From positions 115,942,001-116,006,000 of the forward strand of contig NC_087437.1 in the NCBI RefSeq assembly GCF_036321535.1: DNA of 64,000 bases, given 5' to 3'. Of the stretch, positions 1-12,929 are shown one piece after another; the first letter of the stretch is position 1; every line of letters starts with the position of its first letter. The stretch is from Camelus dromedarius (lineage: Eukaryota). The position numbers and the translations under genes were made by a program. The notes beneath the pieces are model-generated. The model ran no database searches and had not been told where the DNA came from. It worked only from the letters and a program-made list of their open reading frames with translations.

Positions 1-243
1 AAGACTTTTCCAAAAAAAAAAAAAAAATAGCTCAGTCAGTGGGGATGTTTGGACTGAGATCAGCCAGAGTCCATGTGCCCAACCATACAGTGACTGGCCT
101 CCCAAACTGGTTCAGGAACCTTATTGGCCCTATACAGCCAGGAGAGCACATTAGGGTTTCCAGACCTGTCTAGACTGATGCCGTTTAATTAGCCTTGACT
201 TGTAAGTGTTTATGCATCCAAGAAGCTTCATTAGGAACCCGTT

Positions 244-345
244 ATGTATGTATATATGTATATATTTATATATCTTTAACTGAATTACCATGCTGCAAAC
301 CAGAAACTAATACAACATTGTAAATCAACTATATTTTAATAAAGA
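244..345 (+). mobile_element. L1 3'-terminal fragment (artiodactyl type)
   Basis: TAACTGAATTACCATGCTGCAAACCAGAAACTAATACAACATTGTAAATCAACTATATTTTAATAAA, typical cetartiodactyl L1 3' end. Confidence 0.85.
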
Positions 346-389
346 AGAGAACCCGTTATGTAGGAACTAGAGATAGAAAGATGAGCAAA

Positions 390-1560
390 TGGTCAACTTT
401 CCCACTCTCCTCTCCCCTCGGACCTCCAGCGCCTCTCCCCTCGGACCCCCAGCCCCTCTCCCCTCGGACCCCCAGGGCCTCTCCCCTCGGACCCCCAGCG
501 CCTCTCCCCTCGGACCCCCAGCGCCTCTCCCCACCATCACTCTCAGCTGAAGACCCAGCTTCCACTTTCACCGAGAAAGCTGATGCCATCACAGGGAAAC
601 GCCCACAGGCTACCAGGCGTCCTCCGCCCACCTGCCTGCATCCCTGCCTGTCTCCTCCGCGCCCAGTCCGGTTCCTAGCCATGCACTACCCAGGCCCCCG
701 TCCACTGCAGCCCGCCCCGCACTGCCCTTCAGATCCCCGCCCTTCCCTTTTGCCTGCTAGCGGACACCATGGCTCGGCATTTCCCCTATTTCTTAGCATT
801 TTCGGCTCCTTCTGGTCTGCTGTTATTACTTATCCTAAAAAGAAAATCTTTTTTTGTCCCCTTCGCTGACCCCCAGAAGATTCTACCTCCACTCTCTACT
901 CGCTTTTACAGCAAACTCCTTAGAAGACTTACTCTTACTGCCTCTCCAATTTCTCTGCCCTCCATCTCTCTTAAACTCTCTTTGCTCAGGGGTTGCCCTC
1001 TCTCTACCTGGTGAGCTGCTTCGGTCCAGGCCCTCGATGGTTCCTGCCCAGCGTATGTCACTCCTGGCCCCCGGGTCCTCCTGTCTGCTGGACCATCCAT
1101 GGCAGGCGGCCCACCTCATCACCCGCTCCTCTTTGACACGTCCTTCACTTGGCTTCTCACTGCTGTGGTTTTTCTTTTTTCTGTTGGCTGGTTCCTCATT
1201 ATCTAGGATGCCCCGTTCTCTTCTCCATCCTCACTCTGGATTTAAATACCTGACTCTGTGCTAACGATGGCCAAATTTATTTTTTGTCTCTAGCCTGGAC
1301 CTCCCTTGAACTCCAGACCCATAGAGCTGACAGCCTTGGCTCCTACCTCCACCACCACCTCCCTCCTGGTTCAAGCACCCATCTCTGCAGCAGCCTCCTG
1401 ACTGGCCTCTCTGCATCCATCACTGTCCCTGAAAGTCTATTCTCAATGCAGTGGTCCTTTCAAAATGTAAGTTGGGTCCTAACAGTCCCCTGCTCTAAAC
1501 TCTCCTTCTCTTCCCTTTTCTCAGCAAAGCCAAAGTCACACTAAGGCCCGGCAGTCCCCT
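390..1560 (+). mobile_element. Degraded L2 LINE fragments
   Basis: Pyrimidine-rich L2 motifs: CCATCACTCTCAGCTGAAGAC, TCTAGCCTGGACCTCCCTTGAACTCCAGAC, CAGCCTCCTGACTGGCCTCTCTGC. Confidence 0.6.
409..532. repeat. 23-bp GC-rich minisatellite, ~5.4 copies
   Basis: Unit CCTCTCCCCTCGGACCCCCAGCG at 409, 432, 455, 478, 501 and partial at 524, with at most 1 mismatch per full copy. Confidence 0.97.
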
Positions 1561-2479
1561 TTCCATGCACCCCAAGGTCCCAGTGAGCAGGGACCACCTG
1601 GCAGTGGACGCGTGCTCCTCCCACCGCCCTCAGCTCAGTGCGGGCTCAGGGGCCCCCACGCCGCCTCAACCGCTGATTCTAGAAATAAAAGTGCAGGCTT
1701 TGTGGGGCCTCTCTGGACATGGCCACCCCCTCCAAGGTGAATCACTACTGTCTCCAATAAACAGGCATTATTTTTGTAAAGAAAACTAATCTTATTCCAA
1801 GAAGAAAGACCCTAAAAGCAAAAGCCTTCCTTCCAAGAACCAGAACCACGGCTGCCTCTCTGCACAAGCCCAGCTCTGGCAGGGAATCTCCACCTTCCCT
1901 GTGAATTCCAGATGCTGATCCCCAGCCTGTTTTCTCCTCTCCCTCTGGTCCAGGGCTTTTGTCCCTGACCTGACCTGGCGAGCCTGGGGTGTGGGGTGGG
2001 GGTGGATGGAAGATGAAGTGACCAGTCACCCCCCAGGCACCGGGCACTCTGGCCCCCCACCTTCTGCTCTGGCTTCCTCGGCTTTAACTGCTGGTGCTTT
2101 TGTGCATCTGAGGTTGCTTCTGCCTTCACGGCAGCTAACAGTTCATTGTTTCGATTTTCCCTGTTACAAAGGATAACCTTGGCCCTTTCCAGGACAGCCA
2201 CCTCAGGGCCAGTGCCTGCCAGCAGCTCGTCCCCCGTCCTCCTGAAAATGGAGCTCCCGTGTTTGTTTGTGGACATCTCAGTGCAAGGACACTCCTGGCA
2301 GACCTCTCGGCTTCTAACTTAATTTTTCATTACTAAATAATTCAGAGCCCTAACGGTGTTGCTGGGTGGTTTATATACTGAAAAGATAATCAGTAAAATC
2401 TTGTTTATCTATTGATCCGTATGTTTTGACTATGCATTGAGCTTTGAAATAATGAAGTACCAATGGGGATGATTGATGA

Positions 2480-2870
2480 CATCAACTAACATTTACTGGG
2501 CTTAGGAAAGGCTGCAAAATTGTGGGACCCAGTGTGAAAGAAAAATGCAAGTCCCCTTGGTAAAACTCTGTTAAGAATTTCAGGATGATGACAGTAAAGT
2601 GTTAAGCCAAGTATGGGGCCCTTCTGAGCATGGAGCCCTGTGCAAAGTCATAAGGTGTGGCCCGTGAGTGGGCACTGACTGTGTGAGGTTCAGAGGTCCA
2701 CATGTGACACATATGGTCTAGCTTCATTCTCACCAAACTCTTCAAGGTAGAAACTCCCTTTATTTCCATTTTACAGATGAGCAAACTGAGGCTTTCATAA
2801 GTTAAGTTACTTGCCCCAAATCACTCAACTAATAATCAGGAGAGCCAGGATTCAAATCTAGGGAGTGATC
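2480..2870 (-). mobile_element. MIR SINE interrupted by MER91-type DNA transposon
   Basis: CTAACATTTACTG at ~2486 and core CCATTTTACAGATGAGCAAACTGAGGCT...GGATTCAAATCTAGG. Confidence 0.8.
2508..2677 (-). mobile_element. MER91A-like hAT-Tip100 MITE
   Basis: TTAAGAATTTCAGGATGATGACAG...TTAAGCCAAGTATGGGGCCCTTCTGAGCATGGAGCCCTGTGC resembles the reverse complement of MER91. Confidence 0.75.
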
Positions 2871-2914
2871 CTAGAGCAACAATCTTCAAAAAGACAGCTA
2901 TTTATCTATATATG

Positions 2915-3322
2915 AAGACCATCATCTGACCCAGCAACTCCACTCCTGGGCATATATCCAAAGAAAACAAAGTTAAAAAAGAGACATACACTCCAATGTT
3001 CATAGCTGCATTATTTATAATAGCCAAGATAAGGAAGCATTCTAAGTGTCCATCAACAGATGAATGGATAAAGAAAATTGTATATATATAATATATATAT
3101 ATAATACACACACACACACTCACTTATAAATGGAATATTACTCAGCCACAAAAAAGAACAAAATTTTGCCATTTGCAACAACATAGGTGGACTTGGAGGG
3201 CATTATGCTAAATGAAGTAAGTCAGAGAAAGACAAATACTGTATGATGTCACTTATATGTGGAATCTAAAAAATACAGCAAACTCCTGAATATAACAAAG
3301 AAAGAAATAGACTCACAGACAT
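2915..3322 (+). mobile_element. L1 ORF2 C-terminus/3' UTR fragment (artiodactyl type)
   Basis: GACCCAGCAACTCCACTCCTGGGCATATATCC, CAATGTTCATAGCTGCATTATTTATAATAGCCAAGA, GAAGTAAGTCAGAGAAAGACAAATACTG. Confidence 0.92.
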
Positions 3323-5039
3323 GCATCCCCTCCCCCACCTTTCCTTTCCAGGTCTCTTGTGACAACTCAGAAAGTCTAAAGCAGGACTACCCTTCTTCCC
3401 TGCAGACAAGGTACTGGCATTATCTGCAATTTCTATCCCAGTCAACAGCTGTAAGGAGAACCAACTGCATGAGAATATTTCCATGGCTTTTATCCAATGG
3501 CATCAACACAGCTCTCTGCAGGATGTGTATGGGGAAAACATTGCTGATCTAAAAGATGCTTCTTCCCCCAAGCAGGAAGACTTGAGGCTCAAGTATAAAA
3601 TCCAGATGAATAATTTGCTTTCCAAATGAAAGGGAAAAAGCCAGGATATTTTGTGGAGTGAGTGACGGGAAATTCTGGTTAGGCTAAAAGGCCACTGAGA
3701 GAGATTTAAACAGGTAACAGGTAAGCTTGCTCTTGCTTCCGGAAGGTGGAACAGAAATATTGCTGGACCCCGCAGTGTTTCCATCCATCCCCAGCCAGGT
3801 GGCCAGAGATACTCTCTGAAGCTGCTTGCCTCCCTCACTCACCTCCTCCCTCACCTCCCCATCCCCGACCCTGCCAAGAGGCCTTATTTCCTGGGACTGT
3901 GGATTCGGACCCTGCTGCTTTAGTTTGAACTTAACAGAATACCATGTTTCAGAACAAATGTGGGAGTGTATTGTCTGTCTCATTCTCTGGAACGCACCAG
4001 AAGTTCATACACTTAATTTGTTTGACATTTTGTAAGATAGAACACAAGTTGAAGAGAGAATCAAAGAAAAAAAAGGAATTGCGCGATTTTCTTCAAGTGT
4101 AAGTCAGACCGGTAACTTGCATCTGACAGTGTCCTCGGTAGGCGTGACGGCTACCTGGTTTCATTTAGGGAAGGAGCTCTTTTTGCGATCTCCTGTCCAC
4201 TGTCAGCCTGCCTGGTGAGAACAATAAGCACTCAGCTTTGAATAGCTGAGGCTTGAGAAAGAAAACACAGCAAAACGCTCCTTTCAAACTCAGTAACCTT
4301 CAAGGATAATTGAATTATTCCTGTGCCTGAAGTTATAATGTCACTTCCCATTATGACTATGGCTGCACTTATGGGGATTTTTTTTCTTTTTTAAAAAGAA
4401 TTACCTTCTTTAGAGAGGAACAGAGCAAATGCATATTTCTTATAATATTCTCATATTCTACTTCTTTCCTTAAACGGTGACTTGAAATCCAAGCCAGTAG
4501 CTTTGTGGGACTGCAGTGATTTATTTAGCAACATTCTGAGTTAGGCAAGTGGCAGAGCAGGCTCGACCCACAGCAACACTGAGTGGCTCAGGCGTCCCTC
4601 CAGCAGGCTTGCTGGTCAACCAGCCTCCTTTTTTACCAAGCATAGTGCAGCCCTGCATCCAGAAGCTAGGACTGGTGTGTCAGCATCAGACCCTTGCCCA
4701 GAGCTGTGCTCGGTATCAGAAACCGGGGAACCTGTTTGTTCCAGTCGTGTTTATTTGTATTTTTGCTCACTCCCGTCAGGGCACCTAGAGTGTCTAGTAA
4801 GCTATGCCCAGCACTGAGTCACGGAGGGAGCAGTAAAGATGCGCAGGATGGGTAACGGGGTGGGAGGTTAAGGAAAGCAGAAGTGGCAATGTCGGGAGGC
4901 GGCCAGGGGAACGCGGAGGAGCAGCGCCGGCCCCCGCGGCAGGCTGCCTTCTTTCTCACACACCCGCTCGGAAAGCGGCCACCCTCCAACACGCCTCCAC
5001 GGTGCTTAGTCCTGTCTCTGTCTGCGCCTGAATGCGGTC

Positions 5040-5290
5040 CTAGACTGGGAGCCCCTTGAGGGCAAGCACTATGTATCAGTCATCTTTCATGCTCACATAT
5101 GGCTCTGTGGTAAGGTTTGTAGAGGGAGCGGTTGAGAAAGCAAAAGGAATCTGATCTTCACGGCAAGTCGGCTCGATGAACGTTGACCACATCCTGCTGG
5201 GGGCCGAGTACTGACCGCTAGCTGAGTACTGAGAGGAGGGAGGCGAGCCAGAACAAGACACCGTCCCTGCCTTCAAGGGCTCACAGATAG
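5040..5290. mobile_element. L2 3'-end fragments (both orientations)
   Basis: TAGACTGGGAGCCCCTTGAGGGCAAG (+) and AACAAGACACCGTCCCTGCCTTCAAGGGCTCACAG (-). Confidence 0.55.
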
Positions 5291-5777
5291 GGTCCCAGGA
5301 GGTTTACGACCAGCTCTGTAGAAAATGTATACAAGTCAGGGTGTTGCTGCAGTTTCCTCTGAGGACAGGACAGCACGAAGTGTCCCCCGAACAAAGTTGG
5401 GCCACAGTGTCGGGCTGGACAGCACTGACACTCTCAATGGCTTCCTAGTGAGCCTTGGTTTGATGCTGAGTTCTTAAGTGTGAGGCTTCCCTGCACCAGC
5501 ACAAGGCAGCTTCGTGGGCAGCGGTGAGGTGTCAGCTGCGACTGCACCACTGGGTCAGTTAAGGACAGGACAGCTTTTAGTTCATTGTGCCCAAGGTTCA
5601 CCTGAGGTCATTTTCAGGTTCTGGGAAAGACCTGTCATCAAAAAGAACATCTCCCTCTCCCGTCCTAAGGCCTGGGCTCTGTGGCTGTAGTTTAGCCTAT
5701 AGACAAAGTGACCTCACAGAGCTTGAAGCACGTGCCCGGCTGTTGGGAAAAAAATCGATGCCTGCCTTGCAAAGAGG

Positions 5778-5835
5778 TGAGTGTGTGTGTGTGTGTGTGC
5801 TTGTGCACGCACTTGTGCACACACATGTGCACATG
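5778..5835. repeat. (TG)n microsatellite with TGCA variants
   Basis: gtgtgtgtgtgtgtgtgtgcttgtgcacgcacttgtgcacacacatgtgcaca. Confidence 0.9.
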
Positions 5836-7118
5836 TTGGGTTGGGAGGAGAGATGTTCAGCTGTTCCAGGTTGGATAAAACCAAGTTCAGAAAGAAGAGG
5901 CACTCTCCCAAGCTTGGATCTGAGGTGGCCGGGTTTCTGTGGGGCCCCAAGCCATAGCAGAATAATGTTTTGACTGATGTGTAGGCTTCTTGGGGTCCTG
6001 AAATTTATAACTCATTTATAACTCATTTCCAAGGGCAAAATACAGGCATTGTCCATGAAGAAAGGGTCACACTAGCTTTTGTCAAGCACCTTGTGTACCA
6101 CCTCCCACTTCTGGAGAGAAGCAATAAAAGTCAGTCCTGGTTTGGGGGAAACCGGACTCTCACGTACCGGGAGGCCTTGGGCCACTCCAGGGCTGCCAGC
6201 CAAAGTCATCATCCTCCTCCCGCTCAAGGGACGTGGGGAGGATGGTCCTCTGGATTTTCATTCTCCCCCACCCAAAAGTAAGCTTGGTTGGGAGCCTCAT
6301 GGAATGTGGTTCTGTCAACTAGGGGTTTGCAATGGTGAAGGAATTATGCTGTCAAGCAAGGGCTCTGAGTTCCATGTTATACACAAAGTTAATAGATTGT
6401 CTACATCAACTGGCAATACACTTAAAAAATTCTGGATTCAACGAAATAAGTGTTTTGTCTGGGCCTTTCCGCTCATGGAGTGTTTCCCAAGCTGGTTCGA
6501 TACTGAAATCTTTTTGGTAGAAAACATATTCAGAACTCACGGACCTCGTGCTCCAAGGAAAATAGAGTAAGAACTCTGCTGTAAGTTTTCAGAAGGCAAA
6601 GTCCAAAGGAATTCAGAGAATGTACGGGGAAGGACCCATGGGCAGAGATGGCTCAGGTGGGAGGGTTTTGACAAGAGATGATGGCGCGATTGACATTGAC
6701 GAGGAGGAAGATTTAAAGCCATGACAGTTCGTGGAAACTTGAGTTCACTGAGTGAGCCTGGGGGTAACACGAGTAACTTCCCCTCTGTAATTTTTCTTTT
6801 ATGAATTCATTAAATATTAAGTCCCTTCTCTGTACCTGGTACTGAGCCTTGCGCTTGAGATACATCATAAGTAAGCCGCCGTTTTGTGTCTGTTTCTGTA
6901 TTTGTACACACGTGTGTCTGTGCGTGCCCTCACGGATCTCCTGGTCCAGCTGGGAGGACAGAGCAGGAAACAAGGAGTCTCCCGCAGCAGGTGCCGTTTC
7001 TGAGCGGAGAGACGCGCGTGCATCCTTGACGGGCTGGAGCGGATCCCACAGGAGGCGTCCGAGAGCGGGAGGCTTGGGATTCTGACACGGAGGAAGGGTG
7101 TAGACAGTAACTGTTCAG

Positions 7119-7500
7119 TCTATCTTACTCGGCGCGGGCTGCCATCACAAAATACCATAGACTTGGGGCTTCAACAGCAGACATTTGTTTCTCACAGATC
7201 CCAAGGCTCCAGAAGTCCAGGGTCAAGGTGCTGGAAGGGTTTCAGGTGAGACTGCTCCTTCTGGTTTGTGGACAGTCGTATCCCACTGAATCCTCGCGTG
7301 GCTTTTACTCAGTGAGTGTGTGCAGGAGAGCAAGCTCCCCCTGCCCCCCTCCCCTTATAAGGCCGATTCTCCCGTCGTGAATGCCCCAGCTCATGACCAA
7401 ATCAAACTACCTCCCAAAGGCCCCATCTCCCAACACCGTCACCTTGGGGCTAGGGCTTCCGCATTAGGAATTTTGCAGGAACACATCATCAGTCCAGAGC
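7119..7500 (-). mobile_element. MLT1A-like MaLR solo LTR
   Basis: GGGCTGCCATCACAAAATACCATAGACT...TTTCTCACAG...CCTCCCAAAGGCCCCATCTCCAACACCGTCACCTTGGGG. Confidence 0.85.
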
Positions 7501-8599
7501 AAGGAGTGAAATGAGAGACGGTTAGAGCCTGAGGTTTGCTCTCAGGTGAAGACAACGGGGAGGAAGTTTCTGAAATGTGCCTTGCGGGCGTGTCTCTTAA
7601 AATGCTTAAAAGTAATAGGGGTTCCATGTGGAGTAGCAAGCCCCCTCATCTTTGGAAACATCCAAGAAGAGGCTGGAGGGATTCCCCTCTATGATTTTTT
7701 GCTGGTGGGTTTCCTATACAGGTGAGAATTCGGCAAAAAGCGCCCAGACCCTCCACTTCTAAAATTGTATCTGGTTTCGCTCCATAAGCTTTCCCCTCCT
7801 TTTCTCTTCTCCGCGGTGTGCCAAGAATGGGTTCTCTACTCTGTTGCCAAACTGAGGGGGCAGGAGGGGGCTGCTGCCTTGGATGGACAGAGCACACAGA
7901 GCGTGTGATACATGCTCTCAGAAACCACAGTCTGGGGTTTCTTGGTGACAGAAGTGCTAGGGAAATGGGGCTGTTTTGTCAAAGTCTAGTTTAATAAGTC
8001 CTGTCCGCTAAGGGTGGTGAAAGCTACAACGCACACACGCGCAAGGCGCCTGCACACCACCGCGCCGCTGGGGGGGTCCACCCCACTCTTCCCGGCTTCT
8101 TCGTGTGTTTCTCTCCACGTCACTTACACTCAGCGAATCCCAGTTTCTGCCCCTCCTGCCTCTCCCTGGAAGCAGGTGCGCCCCGGCCTTCTCCCTTGCA
8201 AAGTCACCCATCCATGGAAGGGGGCGACAGGTGAGGCTGTGTGTTTCTTGCGCCAAGCTTCCCAGAGTGTGTGGAAAATACCAAGAAGCAAGACTTGTGA
8301 GGAAGGACCAGGTCCTGCTGAGTGAGGAGCCTGCTGTGGGGCCGTAGGGAGGAGGATGGGGAGGGGGACAGTCACCAGGGCACTTCCAGTGCGTACGCTG
8401 TGTCCTGTGCTCTACTGGGACCACACCGTTGAAGTTTGACCGTAATAAAAACAGTCTTTGCCTTGAGGACACTTCAGAGTTTGCAAACTGCCTTCCTGTG
8501 TGGAATGTTTCACAGGCCATGAAGAAGGAGAACCATTATTCCTTAATCATGGGTCCTGATGCAGTGTCTTCATGGGTCTGGGGCCTCTGTGTGGAGGAG

Positions 8600-8772
8600 G
8601 TTGTGTGTGTGTTCGTGTGTGTGCGTGAGGACATGGTACATGCATGATTGTGTGGATATGTGTGTGTGTGTGTGTGCGCAAGTCTGTGTATGCATGTGCA
8701 CTCGTGTGACGTGCATATGTGAGTCTGTGTGTCTGTGTGTCTGCATGTGCGTGTGTGTGAGTGTGTGTTCAC
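8600..8772. repeat. Imperfect (TG)n/(TGCA) low-complexity tract
   Basis: Alternating purine-pyrimidine run ~170 bp. Confidence 0.9.
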
Positions 8773-10940
8773 ATGCTTTTACGCCCATGCTGTCCCTCAC
8801 TCTAGATAGTAGAAATAAGAGACTTGGGGCCTGTTTTCCAGATCTGTCTCCAAATAGCCGGGTGACCTTCGAGGAGTCTCTCCACCTCCGTCGGTCTTTG
8901 GCAATTCTTGGAAATGTAGGTTTGTCCTGGATTCTCAGGACTGGCAAGCTTTTTCTGGAAAGGGCCAGCTGTTAAGTATTTTATTCTTTGTAAGGCACAT
9001 GGAGTTTCTGTTGAATATTCTTTTTTTCCCCCAGCTGCTCAAAATTGTAAAAGCCACTCTGAGCTCGGGCTTCATAAAAACAGGCAATAACACAGCGCCA
9101 GCACAGCCACAGGACCCTGCCCGGGACCCCACCAGCCATGCAGGGCCGGCTCCCACGGCCAGTGAGCGAGCTGCTGCCAGTGTGGACGTTTCACCCTCCG
9201 GGGAGTTTGTCACCTGATGGCCCCCCTTGAGTAAGCTGTCAGTCCATGTGGCGGGGACACGGCTCTGAGTCAGGGCTGGGAGGCTGGTCAGGGCTGGGAG
9301 GCTGGCACCCTCTGCCTCTGATCCTGGAGGAAGGGCTGAATCCTCACTTCACCGCTTCTTAATTGCGTCGCTTTGCCCAAGTCAGGCCCGCTCTCTGCTT
9401 GGGTAACTGTGTTGGAAACTGGATTCCTTTCAGATTTGACATTGTATGACTCATCCACAGTGCTGCTTGAGAGCAGAAGGATTTGAGTTCCTCTGGAGGT
9501 AAATACGTAGCGGCTCCAGTCCCTCCCACGCTGCAGCCCGCCTGAGCCCCTGCCAGCGTCCAGGCCTTCCCGGAGGAAGCCACCCATTTGCTGGAAGTCG
9601 AGCTGTGACCCACAGAGGCATCCCTGCTCCTTGGTTAACCAGTCTTCGTCTTTGTGATTCATGGGTTGTCTGTGGTAGGAAGATTTCCCGGAACGCTGGC
9701 ATCTATTTGATGTCTAAAGCGGTGGGGCCACGTTGCCGCGTTGCTGGCATAGAAACCTTTCTGCTCTGGGAACCGCTTGCAGGATTCTCCATTCCCAGTG
9801 TGTGTCAGCTGAGCAGGGGCTCAAGGCATCAGAGGCAGAGACTCTGGGCTCAATTAATGTATTTGCATGTCTCCAGAGAGCATCTGGAAGTGCACGACGG
9901 AAATGCTCTGCAGAGCGGCCGGGCGCCCGCTCGTGCCTGCCCGCAAGTGCACAGGCTCGCTGGGCGGACTGAGAGCTACTCGCGGGGGTGCTGTGTTCTC
10001 CACGTCCAGCCCCTCCTCCCTGAGCTCCTCTGGCATCTCCACCTGCCGGCCTCCGCTGTCTCTTTTCCTGCCACGCATCCTCCAGGGAGTACCAACCCTG
10101 CCTTTCTCTTTCCTCTTTTTCCTCCACTCCATTATCTACCCTGTTGCCAGATCAACCTTTCAAAAGTGGAAATTTGACCACTGATGTGACAAAGGACCCT
10201 TTAAGCAGAAAAATTTCACGACTCCCCAAAGTAAAACCCGAACTTCACTAAAACTCAGATGTTTACACTCTCCCAAAGTCATCATAAATAAAGATGTTTG
10301 AGTCTCGTCCCCTGATACCTGGGTTCCATTGGTCAGGGCTGGACCTAGTTATTGGGCTGAGAACCGCAGCCTCCAGGAACCGTTCTCAAACCAAGTTAAT
10401 CTCCTCATCGGCCCTTGAATTTGCTAAATGACAATGAACATTACTTCTAGAGTGAGAATTTCTAAGATAGTGAACATCATTAATTATAAATAACTCAAAC
10501 TATGCTACCTGCCCTCCTGCTGCTGCAGTTTCCTGCCCCTGTTTCTCTTTTTTATTCTTCCCTGTGGGCCTAGAGTTTCTCATCCTCAGAGTAACCTTCT
10601 TCTAATGCATCCCAGCACCTTTGACTCTTATTTTCTCTGCCTGGTTCCCTGAGCACAGTACAGGGTTATCACACGTTGGATTCCACCCATCTAGTGTATC
10701 CACCTCATTCTGCCTGTCCCAGCCCTGACTTGACTGCACCTGGACAGCTTGGCAGAGAGATGGATTAGCATTAATTCTGAGTTGAGACCTGGTTCTTAGA
10801 AAAGACCCCTTCCACGTGCAGCAGGGATCACTGGGTCCTACTTTCAGGATTGGAATGGTGAGGAAAAGTTTTGAAAACAGGCACCATTGGTTGATACTCC
10901 ACTGAAACTTAGAAGACACAGGCAAAGGTGCTTGGATTGT

Positions 10941-11510
10941 GTGGTTGGCAGAATTCCATGGTGATCCCCCAGATCCCTAACCCCTAGTGTCCACACACCA
11001 TCTCCCAGTTATCCACTCTGATGCTCAACTAGATGCTTCTGTGAAGGGATTTTTGCAGATGTAACTAAGGTCAGAAATCAGTTGACTTTAAGGGATGGAG
11101 AAGACCCTGGGTGGGCCTGACCTAATCAGGTGAGCATGTAAATAAGACTGGGCTCTTCCTTGCTGGAGAGATTTGAAGCAAGAGAAGGATTCGAGGATGA
11201 GAGGGCACATGGAGGTGGCTACATGGTAAGGAACTGTGGGCAGCCTTTAGGAGCTGGGCCCAGCTCTGGGCCTGCAGCCAACAAAAGAATGGGAACCTCA
11301 GTCCTAAAACCTCAAGGAACTGAATTATGCTAACAGCCACATGAATTTGCAAGAAGACCCAGGAAGGAGGGCAGCCTTGTTGCATCCTAAGCAGAGGATC
11401 CCACTGATCTGCATTTGGCTTCTGAACCCCAGAAATCCTGAGATAACAAAGGAGTGACGTGGATGCCACAAGATTTGTGGTAATTTGTCGCCTGCTGCAG
11501 GACTACTGTA
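10941..11510 (+). mobile_element. MLT1E-like MaLR solo LTR
   Basis: TGTGGTTGGCAGAATT start, TGTGAAGGGATTTTTGCAGATGTAACTAAGGTC, GGGTGGGCCTGACCTAATCAGGTGAGC, TTTGTGGTAATTTGT end. Confidence 0.85.
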
Positions 11511-11905
11511 TGCTGTCTCTTCTCCAGATCACCCTTTCTCAAGATTGTTTTCCTTTGTGATTTATTAATACTCTGCCTCCAGGCTCATGAAGTCCTGGCA
11601 GGGCTGTCATTTCCTGGCAGATGACACGGGAGAGCAAGTTCTGTTAAGAACGAGACTTTCTCCCAGAACAGAGTAGGATGGGAAGAAAGAGTATCCCAGG
11701 TAAGTTCTAAAGATTCTTTTTGCACCCCGCTGCCAAAATTCCTAGCGCGTTGGCCATGACCCTCCAAAAAATGGGATGAAAAACTTATTTTATAAAAGAC
11801 CTTTTATCTTTTGTTATCAAGAGCTTCAAGGTAACCTAAGTCTACATCAGAGATCAGGTCATGTTTTTAATAGCGGACCAGGGTACGTGGTTGGTCACCT
11901 CTTAC

Positions 11906-11992
11906 CACGATAGCCTGGGCTCCCCAGTCCTGCCTGGTGACACCTGGGCACCATGTATCGGGCTCCCACCCTGCCTGAGCAGTGGCTTTTCC
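11906..11992 (-). other. Candidate 87-nt cryptic/alternative exon in intron 1
   Basis: Acceptor ctctgctctcgctctcag|GGAAAAG and donor TATCGTG|gtaaga, on the gene's sense strand. Confidence 0.25.
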
Positions 11993-12929
11993 CTGAGAGC
12001 GAGAGCAGAGGGTCAGCAATGATGTGGGTTTGGCAGGTGGAGCATCTGGGTCTTTTCAAGCTCCTTAAAGAAGCTCATGTAATTAGAGCTAAACTGTTCC
12101 AATTTCACATCAAAAGGTAACATGATTAACATCCTCTAAAAATAGTCAGCGAAAGTCACATTTAATAAGGTGTCTTGCATATAGGCTACTTTTAAATATA
12201 ACCTATGATTAAGGCTGAGGGTGTGCCCACTGGAGGAAGCTGGAATCGGGACCCTCTCCCAGCAGGGGGAGAGCTGCCGGCCGCCCCCCATTTCCGCCCT
12301 GCCACGCTTAGCCTCCTTTATAGTTGAGCTCTCGCCCTGGGTTCACGGCCGTTTCTAGAACCTCTGGCTCGTGCATCTCAAGGGCTGGAATCGTGGGGTC
12401 ATCTTATCCCCAGCCCTGGAACTGTGCTGGCACACAGAAGGCCTCAGGGGAGGCTGATTTAATTAGTTAAAATCCACTCTTTTTTCCCTTTCTGATCCAA
12501 CCTTGGGTTTCTACTCTTGCCTAAATTCTACTCTCCATCTGTCCAGCTTGATGGACAATAGCACGCCCCCTGCCCCCCAACAAAGCAGTTTCTTCCATCC
12601 CCACCCTCTGCGATGAATACTCTCACATTCCTGAGCTTGTCTGAGGGCTCAGTGTGGTCTCCTTGTGACCGAGGAGTTTCTGTCCCCTGCTGCTCAGACA
12701 CTCTGAGACGTTCTGGGCATGTGGCGCTTCTAAAGTGAAATAACTCTTATTTTAGAGCCAAGGTAGGACGGATTATTCTGTTTTCTAACCATGCCTTACC
12801 CCTGAGTCAGCACAGGCTCCTGTGTTTACTGAGAGACCCTCTCTCCCGATCATTCATCACAGGTTGGATTGTTGCAAAATTGTTGCAAAACAACAGGCTT
12901 GGTTACACTTTGCAGCGGTTACTGTCACT

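Noticed and set aside
409..532. 23-bp repeats as a CRISPR-like array
   Set aside because: Head-to-tail units with no unique spacers, no cas genes, mammalian context
381..869. 162-aa Pro-rich ORF and its antisense partner
   Set aside because: Produced by the 23-bp minisatellite and C-rich L2 remnant
8536..8975. His/Thr- or Cys/Val-rich ORFs (also 5587-5973, 47322-47582, 62347-62856)
   Set aside because: Translations of TG/CA microsatellites
9269..9306. 18-bp direct repeat (also an 11-bp repeat at ~6003)
   Set aside because: Simple local slippage duplications with no further structure
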